DNA of 64,000 bases from Clostridia bacterium (GCA_025210555.1 JAOARL010000008.1:45024-109023); one strand, 5' to 3'. Shown: positions 47,516 through 57,103, counted from the stretch's first letter. Numbers and translations: made by a program. The notes: generated by a model not told the origin, from the sequence alone.

Positions 47516-48589
47516 TTAATATTCTATGTTCCATTCTTTATTATTCATATATACTTTAAAAGACTTACATATACTACTTGAAAATGCTTCAATAGCTCTA
47601 AATAATTTTGGCATAAAATAATAGTTACCTAAGGATACTAAATCTATATTTTTATCTGCATCTATTTCAACTATTACATCATCCATATTTATATGTATGT
47701 TTATATCATTTATAAATCTTGTCTCCTTAAGTCCTTCTATCTCTAAACCTTTTTCTGATAACCTATCTTTCTTTATATCTAGTTTATCCGCAAAGATAAG
47801 AGCTATTCTCATTGGATTTTCTGTCTCAAATCCATCACTGTGATTTTTTATAGCATCTAATACATCTGCTTCATATTTTAAATTTATATTATTATCAATC
47901 AGATACTTCTTAGCAAGTTCAGCGCTTCTTACAGCATGATCTTCTTTACCTGTTACGCACCCTAGATCATGAAGTAGAGAGGCTACCTTTGCTTCTTCTA
48001 TATACTCTTTCCTATACCCCTGTTCTTCTAATATTTCTTCAACTAGCTTAACTACATTTAATATATGACTTAAATCATGATAAGCCCATCCGTTTGGATC
48101 TTTACTCTCAAAACTTTTAACATCTTCATAAAGGTCTAGTATATATTTATCATTTAGTATTTTATTGTATAAATCACTATTATAATCCATCTCTACTTCT
48201 TCATATTTATTTTCTTCTATAAACCTTTCTATAACTTTTATATCTCTTAAATCTTTTTCTCTTCCCATTCCTCTTTTGAATTCTATAATAGCTTCTGGAG
48301 TAGCAACTGCTATACCATCTATAATTACTGCTTTTTCTTCTATCCATTCTTCATATATTTCTATTCCATCTTCTATTTCTATTCTATAGTCTTCTGTCAT
48401 AAATTCTGGTTCTACATTATATTTCTCAACTAATTCTCTAAAGTAACTTTTTGTAGCTCCCATATCAATGTCATTTGTACTTTCTTTAATCCCTAGCATT
48501 ACCATTGCAGTGCCTGCTCTTAACATGTACTGACTGGTGTCTAGGTTTAATCCTTTGAGCTTTTTTACTATCATTTCTTTTGTTAGCAT
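47516..48589 (-). CDS. Minimal nucleotidyltransferase-like N-terminal domain fused to an HD domain
   Basis: The N-terminal GTAMVMLGIKESTNDIDMG and GREKDLRDI patterns resemble MNT/KNTase-fold proteins. The HD part is HDLSHI...LHDLGC...DHAVRS. Confidence 0.6.
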   Translation of the reverse strand: MLTKEMIVKKLKGLNLDTSQYMLRAGTAMVMLGIKESTNDIDMGATKSYFRELVEKYNVEPEFMTEDYRIEIEDGIEIYEEWIEEKAVIIDGIAVATPEAIIEFKRGMGREKDLRDIKVIERFIEENKYEEVEMDYNSDLYNKILNDKYILDLYEDVKSFESKDPNGWAYHDLSHILNVVKLVEEILEEQGYRKEYIEEAKVASLLHDLGCVTGKEDHAVRSAELAKKYLIDNNINLKYEADVLDAIKNHSDGFETENPMRIALIFADKLDIKKDRLSEKGLEIEGLKETRFINDINIHINMDDVIVEIDADKNIDLVSLGNYYFMPKLFRAIEAFSSSICKSFKVYMNNKEWNIEY

Positions 48590-48865
48590 TTTATCACCTC
48601 AAATTTTATTTTTATATATAAAAATAGAAAAGCTCTTTACATTGCCTTTCTATTATTAATATTTTTATGCACTTAATTATGTTATTTCCCATTTCTATTA
48701 TTTTACCTCAACATTTATATATATACAATATTATTTTAAAATTATATCATCCAACATTTTTTATCTCTAAATCTAAAATAAGTTCATACTTCTTCATATT
48801 AATACCTCGTTTTCGTACTTACATTTCATCAAAAACTGTGCACGAAATCAAATTTGTGTTTAATA

Positions 48866-49692
48866 TTAGTCTAATCTCACTTTATCTTTTCTCTCAAGTT
48901 CCTTAATACTATCTTTAGGGATTTCTAGATCTTCTGGCATATCTCCACCTATATTTTTTATTGCATCTCTAACTTTAGCTCCTACTTCAAAATGAGCATC
49001 ATTTGCTTCTTTCTTTCCTTTTATATTTTCTCTTCTTATTTTGTCTTCTGTTTGAGTAGCTCTAAATAGGTTTGCTGCTAATTCCGTACTACCCATATGA
49101 TCAAGTATTCTCTCTGACTTTTTTAGTCCCTTTAATTTATGTATGTCTTTTGCATCTAAACCCCATAAAGACCTCTATATCCAAAGTTTTGAAAAGTCCC
49201 ATATTCAAACCTTGTTTCTATTCCTGCACTTTTAGCAGCTGCTACTAATCTTTTGTTATGTTCTTTAAGCTCATTTCTAATAGCTATTCTTTTTCTATCT
49301 TCCTCAAGCTCTAACTCCTTATCTAGTAGCTCTATTTTTCTTGTCTGCATAGCAAAGTATGTTTGTCCTAATGCTATAACTTCTTTTCTTGGATCAGAGT
49401 TTTGAACTATCAAATAACATGCATATCTTGTTAGCATAATATCTCTTATTTTTCTCTTTGTTTCTGATCCTATTTGAACCATTTTGTTGACGTCAACAAA
49501 ATGGTCACCCTCTTTATTTCCACTACCTCTACAAGCTGACTTAGATTTTTCAATAACTTTTTCTAAATTCCTCCATTCCCCATATTCCAATACCTTTTGT
49601 AACTCTCTTGCATACCAAAACTCAATACCATATTCATTGACATGCTTAATACTTTCAAAAATCTCTTCACCATACTTCGTAACATCTTTCAT
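48866..49692 (-). pseudogene. dinD: DNA-damage-inducible protein D homolog interrupted by a -1 frameshift
   Basis: 49156..49692 (start ATG 49692, AGGGGTG RBS) ends ...FGYRGLYGV*. Shifting one base at the C4 run 49161-49164 continues GLDAKDIHKLKGLKKSERILDHMGSTELAANLFRATQTE into ORF 48866..49096. Confidence 0.8.
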
Positions 49693-49860
49693 TTTATTCA
49701 CCCCTATAATAAATTTAGAATGACAAAGAGTCATTCCCTTCTCATATTATTATTAATGAATAAATCCTTCTACATAACTTACTTATACTGTATTATTTCC
49801 ATATTATATTATTTTAATAGAGCATTTCATTATAAAAAAATAACACCATATGTAATGATG

Positions 49861-50223
49861 TTAAATTAATTTAAATTTAATTGCTAATCCTCCATACTTA
49901 AGAATATCTTCTTCTTTGTATATCTCTTTCATAGATTCAGCTACTTCTTCAGATGACTTATACATATTATTATATTTACCTTTAAAGTGTCTTTCATATA
50001 GGTCATCAAACATATCAAAGAAATTCTCATATTTGAGTAGTCCCACCACTCTAACTTCAAATGTATCTTCTAGATTCTTAGAGTTCTTGAATATTATTAC
50101 ATCTCCTAATTCTAACTTTCTTCTCTTCTCATCATTTAGTCTATACTCTAGATCTCTTTCTCCAGATTTAATTTCATTGAAGTATTCTGGATGAAGTTTC
50201 ATATTATGCTTCATAAACTTCAC
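49861..50223 (-). CDS. ASCH-domain protein (second copy)
   Basis: HPEYFNEIKSGERDLEYRLNDEKRRKLELGDVIIFKN. Followed by a terminator hairpin at about 49839-49861. Confidence 0.6.
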   Translation of the reverse strand: MKFMKHNMKLHPEYFNEIKSGERDLEYRLNDEKRRKLELGDVIIFKNSKNLEDTFEVRVVGLLKYENFFDMFDDLYERHFKGKYNNMYKSSEEVAESMKEIYKEEDILKYGGLAIKFKLI

Positions 50224-50845
50224 CAGTACTTAGTGCTTTATAATTAATATTTTCTCTTTCAAATGTTTCTTCGATATCCTTAGCATTAACTGGATGTTTA
50301 GGACTTTCCATATGTATAGGAATAACAATTTCAGCACCTACTGCTTTAGCAAACTCTGAAGCTTCAAACGCCGTTGTTGTTACTCTTCCTGAAACACCTA
50401 TAAGAAGTATGTCAGCCTTATAATCATTTTCAAAGCATATTGTGTCTCCTGTATGATAAAGTCTTTTGTTCCCATCATCTATAATATAACCAACTGCTTC
50501 TTTAGGATATCTCCCCTTCATAACTGGAAGGTATCCATGCTGTGCATCTACTACTTCTACTTTCACATTACCAATATGAATTGTATCTCCCAATTTTGCT
50601 ATATCTATATTAAGTTCAGTAGCACTATCTGCTACTTCCTTAGTAGAATATATCTTTACATCTAATTCTTTTAATATTTCCTTATGACAATGGTCCCCAT
50701 GCTTATGCGTTACTAAAATAACATCTACATTATTCCACTCATCAAAATACTCATCTTTATACCCTATGTTACCTGGATCTATTAATATTCTTTTACCTTT
50801 AGTTTCTATCATTACACATGAATGTGGGTACTTAATTATTTTCAC
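50204..50845 (-). CDS. Metallo-beta-lactamase-fold hydrolase
   Basis: THKHGDH (HxHxDH) motif. Overlaps the ASCH gene. Confidence 0.8.
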   Translation of the reverse strand: MKIIKYPHSCVMIETKGKRILIDPGNIGYKDEYFDEWNNVDVILVTHKHGDHCHKEILKELDVKIYSTKEVADSATELNIDIAKLGDTIHIGNVKVEVVDAQHGYLPVMKGRYPKEAVGYIIDDGNKRLYHTGDTICFENDYKADILLIGVSGRVTTTAFEASEFAKAVGAEIVIPIHMESPKHPVNAKDIEETFERENINYKALSTGEVYEA

Positions 50846-50882
50846 TTAAATCACCTCTATTTTTTTATTCATATTTCTTTTA

Positions 50883-52454
50883 CTACATAATCATAAGCAA
50901 ATCACTTAATAATACATATAATCCTGATGTTAACCATGTAATTACTATTAACCAGAATAATATTGGGTTTTCTCTTTTTTCTATATTCTCTATAACATAT
51001 GCGTTTCCAGTCTTTATATCAAGAATCGCCCACAATACATATAATATTCCAAATATAAAATTGATGTTAAATATTATTCCACTGAATATCATAACTAATG
51101 CCATTATGGTTTTCCACTTAATATTCTTAGGAACTTTATTCTTTTTTTTACCTACCCCACCTAAGTTATATCCCTCAGTTGACTTTTCATAACTAAAATC
51201 TTTGTTATCCCATCTTTTGTGCCACTTAAATTCTCTTTTTATATGTCTTTTGTTAAATTCTTCCTCATACCACATTATTCCTTCATATATACTATTTACT
51301 GTAAAGTTATCATGCTTAAATACTAGCCAAGACCCATCATATTTAGACCAGTCTTTTGTTGTTAATCTACCACTTTCGTCCATCTTTTTATATAGCTCTG
51401 TTCCTGGAAATGGTATTGGTACAACTCCATGTGTAATATCTATATTTATATCTAATGCAAACTCTAATGTTTCTTTAAATATATCTTTATCATGTCCATC
51501 AAATCCAAATAACATAGCAGAATCTATTTCAATATCAAATGAATGTAAAAAATCAATATTTTCCTTTAACTTTGTTAAATCTAAGAAACCTTTATTGTTA
51601 TCCTTAAGAACTTCTCTAGATGGTGTTTCTATACCTAAAAGTATATTTCTTAATCCACTTTTTGCAGCAGCTTCTACAAGTTCCTTATCTTCTGCAAAGC
51701 CTGCCTCTAATGCTGTCATCCATACTATATTTAAAGGTTCTAATGCCTTAAACAATTCTAAACAATAATTTCTATCTACCGTAAGATTATCAGCCTTTAA
51801 TTCTATAAAATCTGTAGGAGCATTTTTAATTTCCTCCACAATATCTTCTATTGGTCTTTTTCTATACGTAGGGAAAAATTTATGTACCGTACAGTATGCA
51901 CATTTATTTGGGCAACCTCTTGATACGGATACAGTCCAAGAATGCTCATATAACTCAGTAGGTAATATATCTGTCGGATAAGGCTTAAGTTCACTTAGAT
52001 TAAGCAAACTATCTCTTTTATATGTTCGTTTTAACTTTCCCTTTTCGTAATCTTCTAATAGCTCTTCCCATATTCCTTCACTTTCACCAATAATAACAGT
52101 ATCGGCATGCTCAAGAGCTTCTTCTACTAAGAACGATGGATGAAGTCCGCCTAGTATAACTGTTTTACCTTTTTCTCTAAATTTATCAGCTATTTCATAT
52201 CCTCTTATAGCATCTGGTGTATGAAACATTACAACTACTATATCAGCACCTGTATTCCAGTCTACTTTAACTCCCACAGTCTCATCTACCATTTGTATAC
52301 TAACATCATCTGGTGTACATGCAGCAACTGAAAATATGTTCTGCGGTAATCCTAACATAGCTTTCTTATACTCGCTGAATCCACTTTTTGCACTTGCCTT
52401 TATAAGACAAACTCTAAGTCTTTCATTTTTTTCTTCTCTAATATATTTTTTCAT
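50883..52454 (-). CDS. B12-binding-domain radical SAM enzyme with C-terminal two-TM tail
   Basis: Cluster motif CPNKCAYC (Cx3Cx2C) after an N-terminal B12-like domain. The last ~70 aa are hydrophobic (WKTIMALVMIFSGIIFNINFIFGILYVLWAIL...ILFWLIVITWLTSGLYVLL). Confidence 0.8.
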   Translation of the reverse strand: MKKYIREEKNERLRVCLIKASAKSGFSEYKKAMLGLPQNIFSVAACTPDDVSIQMVDETVGVKVDWNTGADIVVVMFHTPDAIRGYEIADKFREKGKTVILGGLHPSFLVEEALEHADTVIIGESEGIWEELLEDYEKGKLKRTYKRDSLLNLSELKPYPTDILPTELYEHSWTVSVSRGCPNKCAYCTVHKFFPTYRKRPIEDIVEEIKNAPTDFIELKADNLTVDRNYCLELFKALEPLNIVWMTALEAGFAEDKELVEAAAKSGLRNILLGIETPSREVLKDNNKGFLDLTKLKENIDFLHSFDIEIDSAMLFGFDGHDKDIFKETLEFALDINIDITHGVVPIPFPGTELYKKMDESGRLTTKDWSKYDGSWLVFKHDNFTVNSIYEGIMWYEEEFNKRHIKREFKWHKRWDNKDFSYEKSTEGYNLGGVGKKKNKVPKNIKWKTIMALVMIFSGIIFNINFIFGILYVLWAILDIKTGNAYVIENIEKRENPILFWLIVITWLTSGLYVLLSDLLMIM

Positions 52455-52482
52455 AGCATCCTCCTAATGTCATAATAATTAT

Positions 52483-52513
52483 ACTCTACACCTTAGAGTT
52501 ACTCTAATGTCAA
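52483..52513 (-). promoter_or_regulatory. MerR-type promoter (TTGACA-19-TAGAGT) with operator TTAGAGTAACTCTAA
   Basis: -35 at 52508-52513 overlaps the MerR stop codon, and -10 is at 52483-52488. A consensus TATAAT lies 5 bp further downstream (52478-52483). Confidence 0.6.
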
Positions 52514-53265
52514 CTTTTTATCTTAGAGAAGAGTCTAATATAATACCCTCCATCTGCTGATAACATAGCATGGGGATCAATTGTCATCCATAAATCATTA
52601 TTTATGGGTATTTCATTTCCCTTTGCATAATTATAATACTCTCCAATAGCAGTATCTATTTCAGCCTCATCTAAAACTCTTTTCGTATATTCTAAATAAC
52701 TCCCTGAATCTATTGAATAATCTGTTTCAATGTTTGCCACTATTAAGACTTCCATATCTTCATCTTTTAATTTATACAATATTTCCTTATATTTTATATC
52801 TTTTATTCCTTTTTCTAATGCTATATCATAAAACTCTCTTGAGCTAAGGTTTTCATCATATTTACAGCTTTTTATGAAGTCATAATGTGATTTGTCTCGT
52901 TCTACAATTTTAAATTCATCACTTTTTCCTTTTAATAGCCCTATTGTATTTTCAACTATTTGTTTCTTAGCTTTAATTTTCATAAGCTCCATATCTAATT
53001 TTTCATTTGCTGATTTTAATAACCTTTCATATTCATCACTTGAATAGTTTTGTGTTAATGATTTTATATCTCTAATAGATATTTCACTTTCTCTTAAGAT
53101 TATTACATTAAGTAAATTTATTATATCATTCATATCAAACTCTCTATATCCAGATCTTTCATTTAGCTTAAGCTTGATTAACCCTTCTTTGTCATAATAC
53201 CTTATTGTATGACTTGATATTCCAAGTAATTTAGACACTTCATTAACTAATAAATTCTTATTCAT
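52510..53265 (-). CDS. MerR-family regulator with extended C-terminal (effector-binding-like) domain
   Basis: HTH VNEVSKLLGISSHTIRYYDKEGLI. 251 aa. Confidence 0.8.
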   Translation of the reverse strand: MNKNLLVNEVSKLLGISSHTIRYYDKEGLIKLKLNERSGYREFDMNDIINLLNVIILRESEISIRDIKSLTQNYSSDEYERLLKSANEKLDMELMKIKAKKQIVENTIGLLKGKSDEFKIVERDKSHYDFIKSCKYDENLSSREFYDIALEKGIKDIKYKEILYKLKDEDMEVLIVANIETDYSIDSGSYLEYTKRVLDEAEIDTAIGEYYNYAKGNEIPINNDLWMTIDPHAMLSADGGYYIRLFSKIKS

Positions 53266-53354
53266 AATCCTAACTCCTATATTCTAATCTTATTTTCTTT
53301 CTCTTCTGCTTCATTATCACTATCTACCTACAAATATTTCTATTTATTTTATAC

Positions 53355-53993
53355 CTATTTATCATATTCACTACATATAATTACTTCATTTGCAAAACCA
53401 TAACCATCATAACCTAAAAGATATCTAAATTCATTTCCATCTTCATCTTCCCATATAATAGCTTCATTTGGTATTCCCTCTGCTAATATTGAATTAAATA
53501 CTACATCTGTATTTGTTACCTCTTCTATCTTAAATATATTATCCGCTTCTTCAAATTCTTTAAAAGTCTTATAATTTTCATCCCATTTTATATTACTTAA
53601 TCTCAAGTTATATAAGGTTCCAAAAACTCTTAACTTAACATTTGCTGGCTTTTCTCCTGAATAATCAACTACTTTATATTGGTCATCATAAAATTCTGTA
53701 TTATAACCAACTAATGTTAGTGTTTGATAATCATCTTCTTTTTCTGATTCTATAAACTTAATAATACCATTTGAATAATCTACAACTCTCTGGTTATGCA
53801 TCCTTTCATCCGCATGCAAGTGACCACAAGATTCATCATGCTCATGATCTTCAAGCATTGCTGCAATTTGTTTAGTTTCTAGTGCCCAAACAACTTCTTC
53901 TAATTCTTTTGCCTTAAATATTGTATATACATTAGTTATCACTAATATTATTACAAATATTAGACATATTCCCATTTTATTCATATATAACAC
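53355..53993 (-). CDS. Membrane-anchored hypothetical protein with a His-rich segment
   Basis: N-terminal TM segment. EDHEHDESCGHLHADERMH. Confidence 0.5.
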   Translation of the reverse strand: MLYMNKMGICLIFVIILVITNVYTIFKAKELEEVVWALETKQIAAMLEDHEHDESCGHLHADERMHNQRVVDYSNGIIKFIESEKEDDYQTLTLVGYNTEFYDDQYKVVDYSGEKPANVKLRVFGTLYNLRLSNIKWDENYKTFKEFEEADNIFKIEEVTNTDVVFNSILAEGIPNEAIIWEDEDGNEFRYLLGYDGYGFANEVIICSEYDK

Positions 53994-53997
53994 TCCT

Positions 53998-54711
53998 CTA
54001 CTTACTCTTATAATTTATATTTTTCTCTCTTGCTACTTTCATTAATTCTCTCACACTCAACTTAGTCATCTTATCATCTTCAATAAAATATGTTCCTGCT
54101 TGTCTAAATTCAAATTCAACATTTTTATTAATACATTGCTTTCTGATATTTAATACCCAGTCATAATTAAGTGGTCTTGCATTATAATCTGATTCTCCGC
54201 CTACAACTACAATCTCTATATCATCCAAATACTTTTCTATATTAATATTTTCTAATAATGGTTGTGCTGTTATGCACTTATGTCTAATAGGTAACTTAGA
54301 AAAAAATGATAATCTTTCATCTGCATTTTTTTGGTTTTCAACCGTAGTGCATATGACTACATTATCATAACCTTCATTCCAATCTTCAGGAATACAATCA
54401 TAAAATCTAGTTATTCTCTTTGTTAAAAACAAAAATGTTAAATCAGACCTTTCTTTTATCATTTTCCAGCACTCTTTTCTCCACTCATCTGCTTCCTCAA
54501 TAAAGAAATCACTTGAGAAGCAAACATAGACTATTCCTTTTTTAATTTTATAACTTCCATTTTTAAGTTTCTCAATTGGCTTATAGAAATCATCTGTTTT
54601 AATAATATTCTCAGTATTTATTCCTTTTTTATAATCACCTTTATGTATATAGCAATATTTACACCCTTCACTTACTCTTTTACACCCTCTCCAAGGATTC
54701 CACATAGGCAT
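53998..54711 (-). CDS. DUF5131 (phage Gp37/Gp68-like) protein
   Basis: Start at ATG 54711 (GGGAGG RBS). MPMWNPWRGCKRVSEGCKYCY matches the WNPxxGCxxxSxGCxxCY N-terminus of this family. Confidence 0.7.
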   Translation of the reverse strand: MPMWNPWRGCKRVSEGCKYCYIHKGDYKKGINTENIIKTDDFYKPIEKLKNGSYKIKKGIVYVCFSSDFFIEEADEWRKECWKMIKERSDLTFLFLTKRITRFYDCIPEDWNEGYDNVVICTTVENQKNADERLSFFSKLPIRHKCITAQPLLENINIEKYLDDIEIVVVGGESDYNARPLNYDWVLNIRKQCINKNVEFEFRQAGTYFIEDDKMTKLSVRELMKVAREKNINYKSK

Positions 54712-54725
54712 AGTTATTCCTCCCA

Positions 54726-55256
54726 CTACATTTTTCTATATAGATCTATAAACATTTGAAATTCTTCATAATGTGGAAATATACTTGTATCTTTCTTTTT
54801 CACTAAAGTTTCAAATTCTTCTATTGATATAAATTTAGCATCTGCAACTTCTTCTACTTGCAACTTTAAATTATTACTATCAATATTCTTCTTTATAAAA
54901 AACACATCTAGAAACTCTTTGTTATTTATATCTTCATATATGTGTTCTTCTCTAATTGTGAACAAATATTTCAATTCTTCTTCTTTAACTGAAATACCAA
55001 TCTCTTCTTCAATTTCTCTAATAGCAGAAATAAGCGACGTCTCATCAGCTGATATATGTCCTGCTGCTGATAAATCCCATACATTAGGATAAAAGTCTTT
55101 ATCACTTGCCCTCTTTTGTATAAGTAGTTCATCATTATTATTAACTATAAATATATGAACTGCTTTATGCCATAGACCTAATCTATGTGCTTCCTTCTTA
55201 GGTAATACTTCACCTGTTAAAATCCCATTTTCATTTAAAATATCTACATATTCCAT
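54726..55256 (-). CDS. NUDIX hydrolase
   Basis: Nudix box GHISADETSLISAIREIEEEIGI. Confidence 0.85.
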   Translation of the reverse strand: MEYVDILNENGILTGEVLPKKEAHRLGLWHKAVHIFIVNNNDELLIQKRASDKDFYPNVWDLSAAGHISADETSLISAIREIEEEIGISVKEEELKYLFTIREEHIYEDINNKEFLDVFFIKKNIDSNNLKLQVEEVADAKFISIEEFETLVKKKDTSIFPHYEEFQMFIDLYRKM

Positions 55257-55275
55257 AATTAACTCTCCTCATTTA

Positions 55276-56145
55276 TCAATTTATATTTATCATCACATAT
55301 CCTATAAGAATACATAATATAATCCAATACTCTTTTATACTTATTTTCTTTTTTAAAAATACCTTTGAAAATAACATTATTCCTATAATTACTAAAGAGT
55401 TAGATATTACATACATAACAACTGATTCTTTCAAAACAACCTTAAATAATACTACTGACATTGCACAAAACAATGATTGAAAGAAGTATTCTTTAAACAT
55501 ATCTTTTGTAATCTTAAATCTCACTCCGAAGATTATAAAGTATACTGCAGCTATAGATATATTCTGAATAGCTACTAGTGTTGTTATATTTGTATAATCA
55601 TTTACTAGTATATATCTTTCAATATATGGTAGTGCTACTTTTAAAAGTAGTAAAATCGGTACTAAAATTAATCCAACATTTGATATTTTACATTTAAATT
55701 CTTCTTTGTTTGTAAATAATAATATATATCCTACTATAAATATAATTATACCTAAAACATTGAATATATTAAGTGTAATTGTGTTATTAAAAATTTCTAT
55801 ACATAGTGTAATTAATATAACCAACTTAATAATCAACTTAACTAGGTATATAGATACGCTCTTCTCTATCATTTTATTGTATATAGTAGATGTTATTAGC
55901 ATTATTATTACTGCTAATAATATATATGCAAAGCTATAAATAGTTGGCTCTATATAAAACATATTTAAATAATTTGAACCACTTATAAATTCTTGTATCA
56001 TACTAATTAGCAAACTAAATATCCCTACCATAAAAAATTTAATAACTAAATGTGTATTTGAACCATATTTTCTTATAGTGTGTTCTTGCGATGTTGCTTG
56101 AGCTGATCCTAGCAAAACTGCTAGTATTGTTATATATATAATCAT
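55276..56145 (-). CDS. Polytopic membrane protein (about 10 TM, DMT/EamA-like)
   Basis: 289 aa, almost entirely hydrophobic helices. Confidence 0.55.
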   Translation of the reverse strand: MIIYITILAVLLGSAQATSQEHTIRKYGSNTHLVIKFFMVGIFSLLISMIQEFISGSNYLNMFYIEPTIYSFAYILLAVIIMLITSTIYNKMIEKSVSIYLVKLIIKLVILITLCIEIFNNTITLNIFNVLGIIIFIVGYILLFTNKEEFKCKISNVGLILVPILLLLKVALPYIERYILVNDYTNITTLVAIQNISIAAVYFIIFGVRFKITKDMFKEYFFQSLFCAMSVVLFKVVLKESVVMYVISNSLVIIGIMLFSKVFLKKKISIKEYWIILCILIGYVMININ

Positions 56146-56153
56146 TTAATCTC

Positions 56154-57020
56154 CTATAACCATTTTTTTATATATTCTTTTTTCACTTCAAAATTTAAAT
56201 CTGTTATCATGTGTTTTCTTGCTTCATGATTATGATAATCAGAGCCACCTGATATAAGCATATTGTTACTTAATGCATATTTTTCTAGGTAATTTTGTTC
56301 ATCTTCATTAGCAGACATATGGTAACACTCTATACCATTTATTCCTAGTCTTTTAGCTTCATTCAACAAAGCTTCATTATCTTTTCTCCCATATTCAAAA
56401 GGATGTGCTAAAAAGCTTAACCCACCAGCATCTTTAACTAATTTAACTATATCTTCTACTTTTCTTCTATCTGTATAAGGTTCAAAGAACCAGTCACTAT
56501 CCGGATTTGATAAGTGTTCTCTAAATAGCTTGGGCTTACCTGTTCCAAATTCTCTAGTTAATATTTTCTTGTTTTCTTCATATTTACTTACTTCATCCCA
56601 AAATATATCTGACTCATACATTCCTACAGTTGGATTATCAAATACTTCTTTGTTGTATTTAATATTCTTTTCATCACATTTATTTGATAAAAACTCCATA
56701 ACCATTTGAAGCATATCTATCATTTCATTAGACGTTTCAGTTTTACTTAAAAATTCATCTATTATATCTATATCAATATTATAAGCTAGTATATCTACAC
56801 TTCCACCAAGCAGGGTTGTTTTAAGTTCTACTCCTCTTATGACTTTAACCTTATAATTTTTTTCTTTTTCACTTATCTCCTTATAAGCTTTTACACTATC
56901 ATGATCAGTTATTGATATATGTGTTATTCCAAGTTTATCTGCTTTTTCAAGCATATAATCTATTTCATCTACTCCATCGTTAACTGAGTATTTACTGTGC
57001 ATATGTAAATCTAATATCAT
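56154..57020 (-). CDS. PHP-domain phosphoesterase
   Basis: MILDLHMHSKYS...ISITDHD N-terminal PHP motifs and C-terminal GGSDYH. Confidence 0.8.
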   Translation of the reverse strand: MILDLHMHSKYSVNDGVDEIDYMLEKADKLGITHISITDHDSVKAYKEISEKEKNYKVKVIRGVELKTTLLGGSVDILAYNIDIDIIDEFLSKTETSNEMIDMLQMVMEFLSNKCDEKNIKYNKEVFDNPTVGMYESDIFWDEVSKYEENKKILTREFGTGKPKLFREHLSNPDSDWFFEPYTDRRKVEDIVKLVKDAGGLSFLAHPFEYGRKDNEALLNEAKRLGINGIECYHMSANEDEQNYLEKYALSNNMLISGGSDYHNHEARKHMITDLNFEVKKEYIKKWL

Positions 57021-57057
57021 AATCTACTCCTTAAAATTATTCTAAATATTATTATAT

Positions 57058-57080
57058 CAAAAAAGAACGCATCGCGTTCC
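57058..57080 (-). terminator. Rho-independent terminator after P3
   Basis: gaacgc-atc-gcgttc hairpin followed by T7 on the minus strand. Confidence 0.8.
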
Positions 57081-57103
57081 TTTTATTACATATTTTGAAT
57101 AAA

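Noticed and set aside
48590-48865. 276-bp gene-free region downstream of dinD, examined for an sRNA or terminator (TTTCGT...ACGAAA pairing at about 48822-48852; AATAGAAA/TTTCTATT at about 48622-48655)
   Set aside because: The stems are short with 16-30 nt loops. There is no U-tract and no GC enrichment, so this is indistinguishable from AT-rich spacer and promoter DNA.
52466-52482. The 17-mer AATGTCATAATAATTAT, shared with the def-leader module but in the opposite orientation relative to the gene
   Set aside because: It is an AT-only, low-complexity, near-palindromic sequence. The orientation is inconsistent with a shared promoter function, so it is probably chance.
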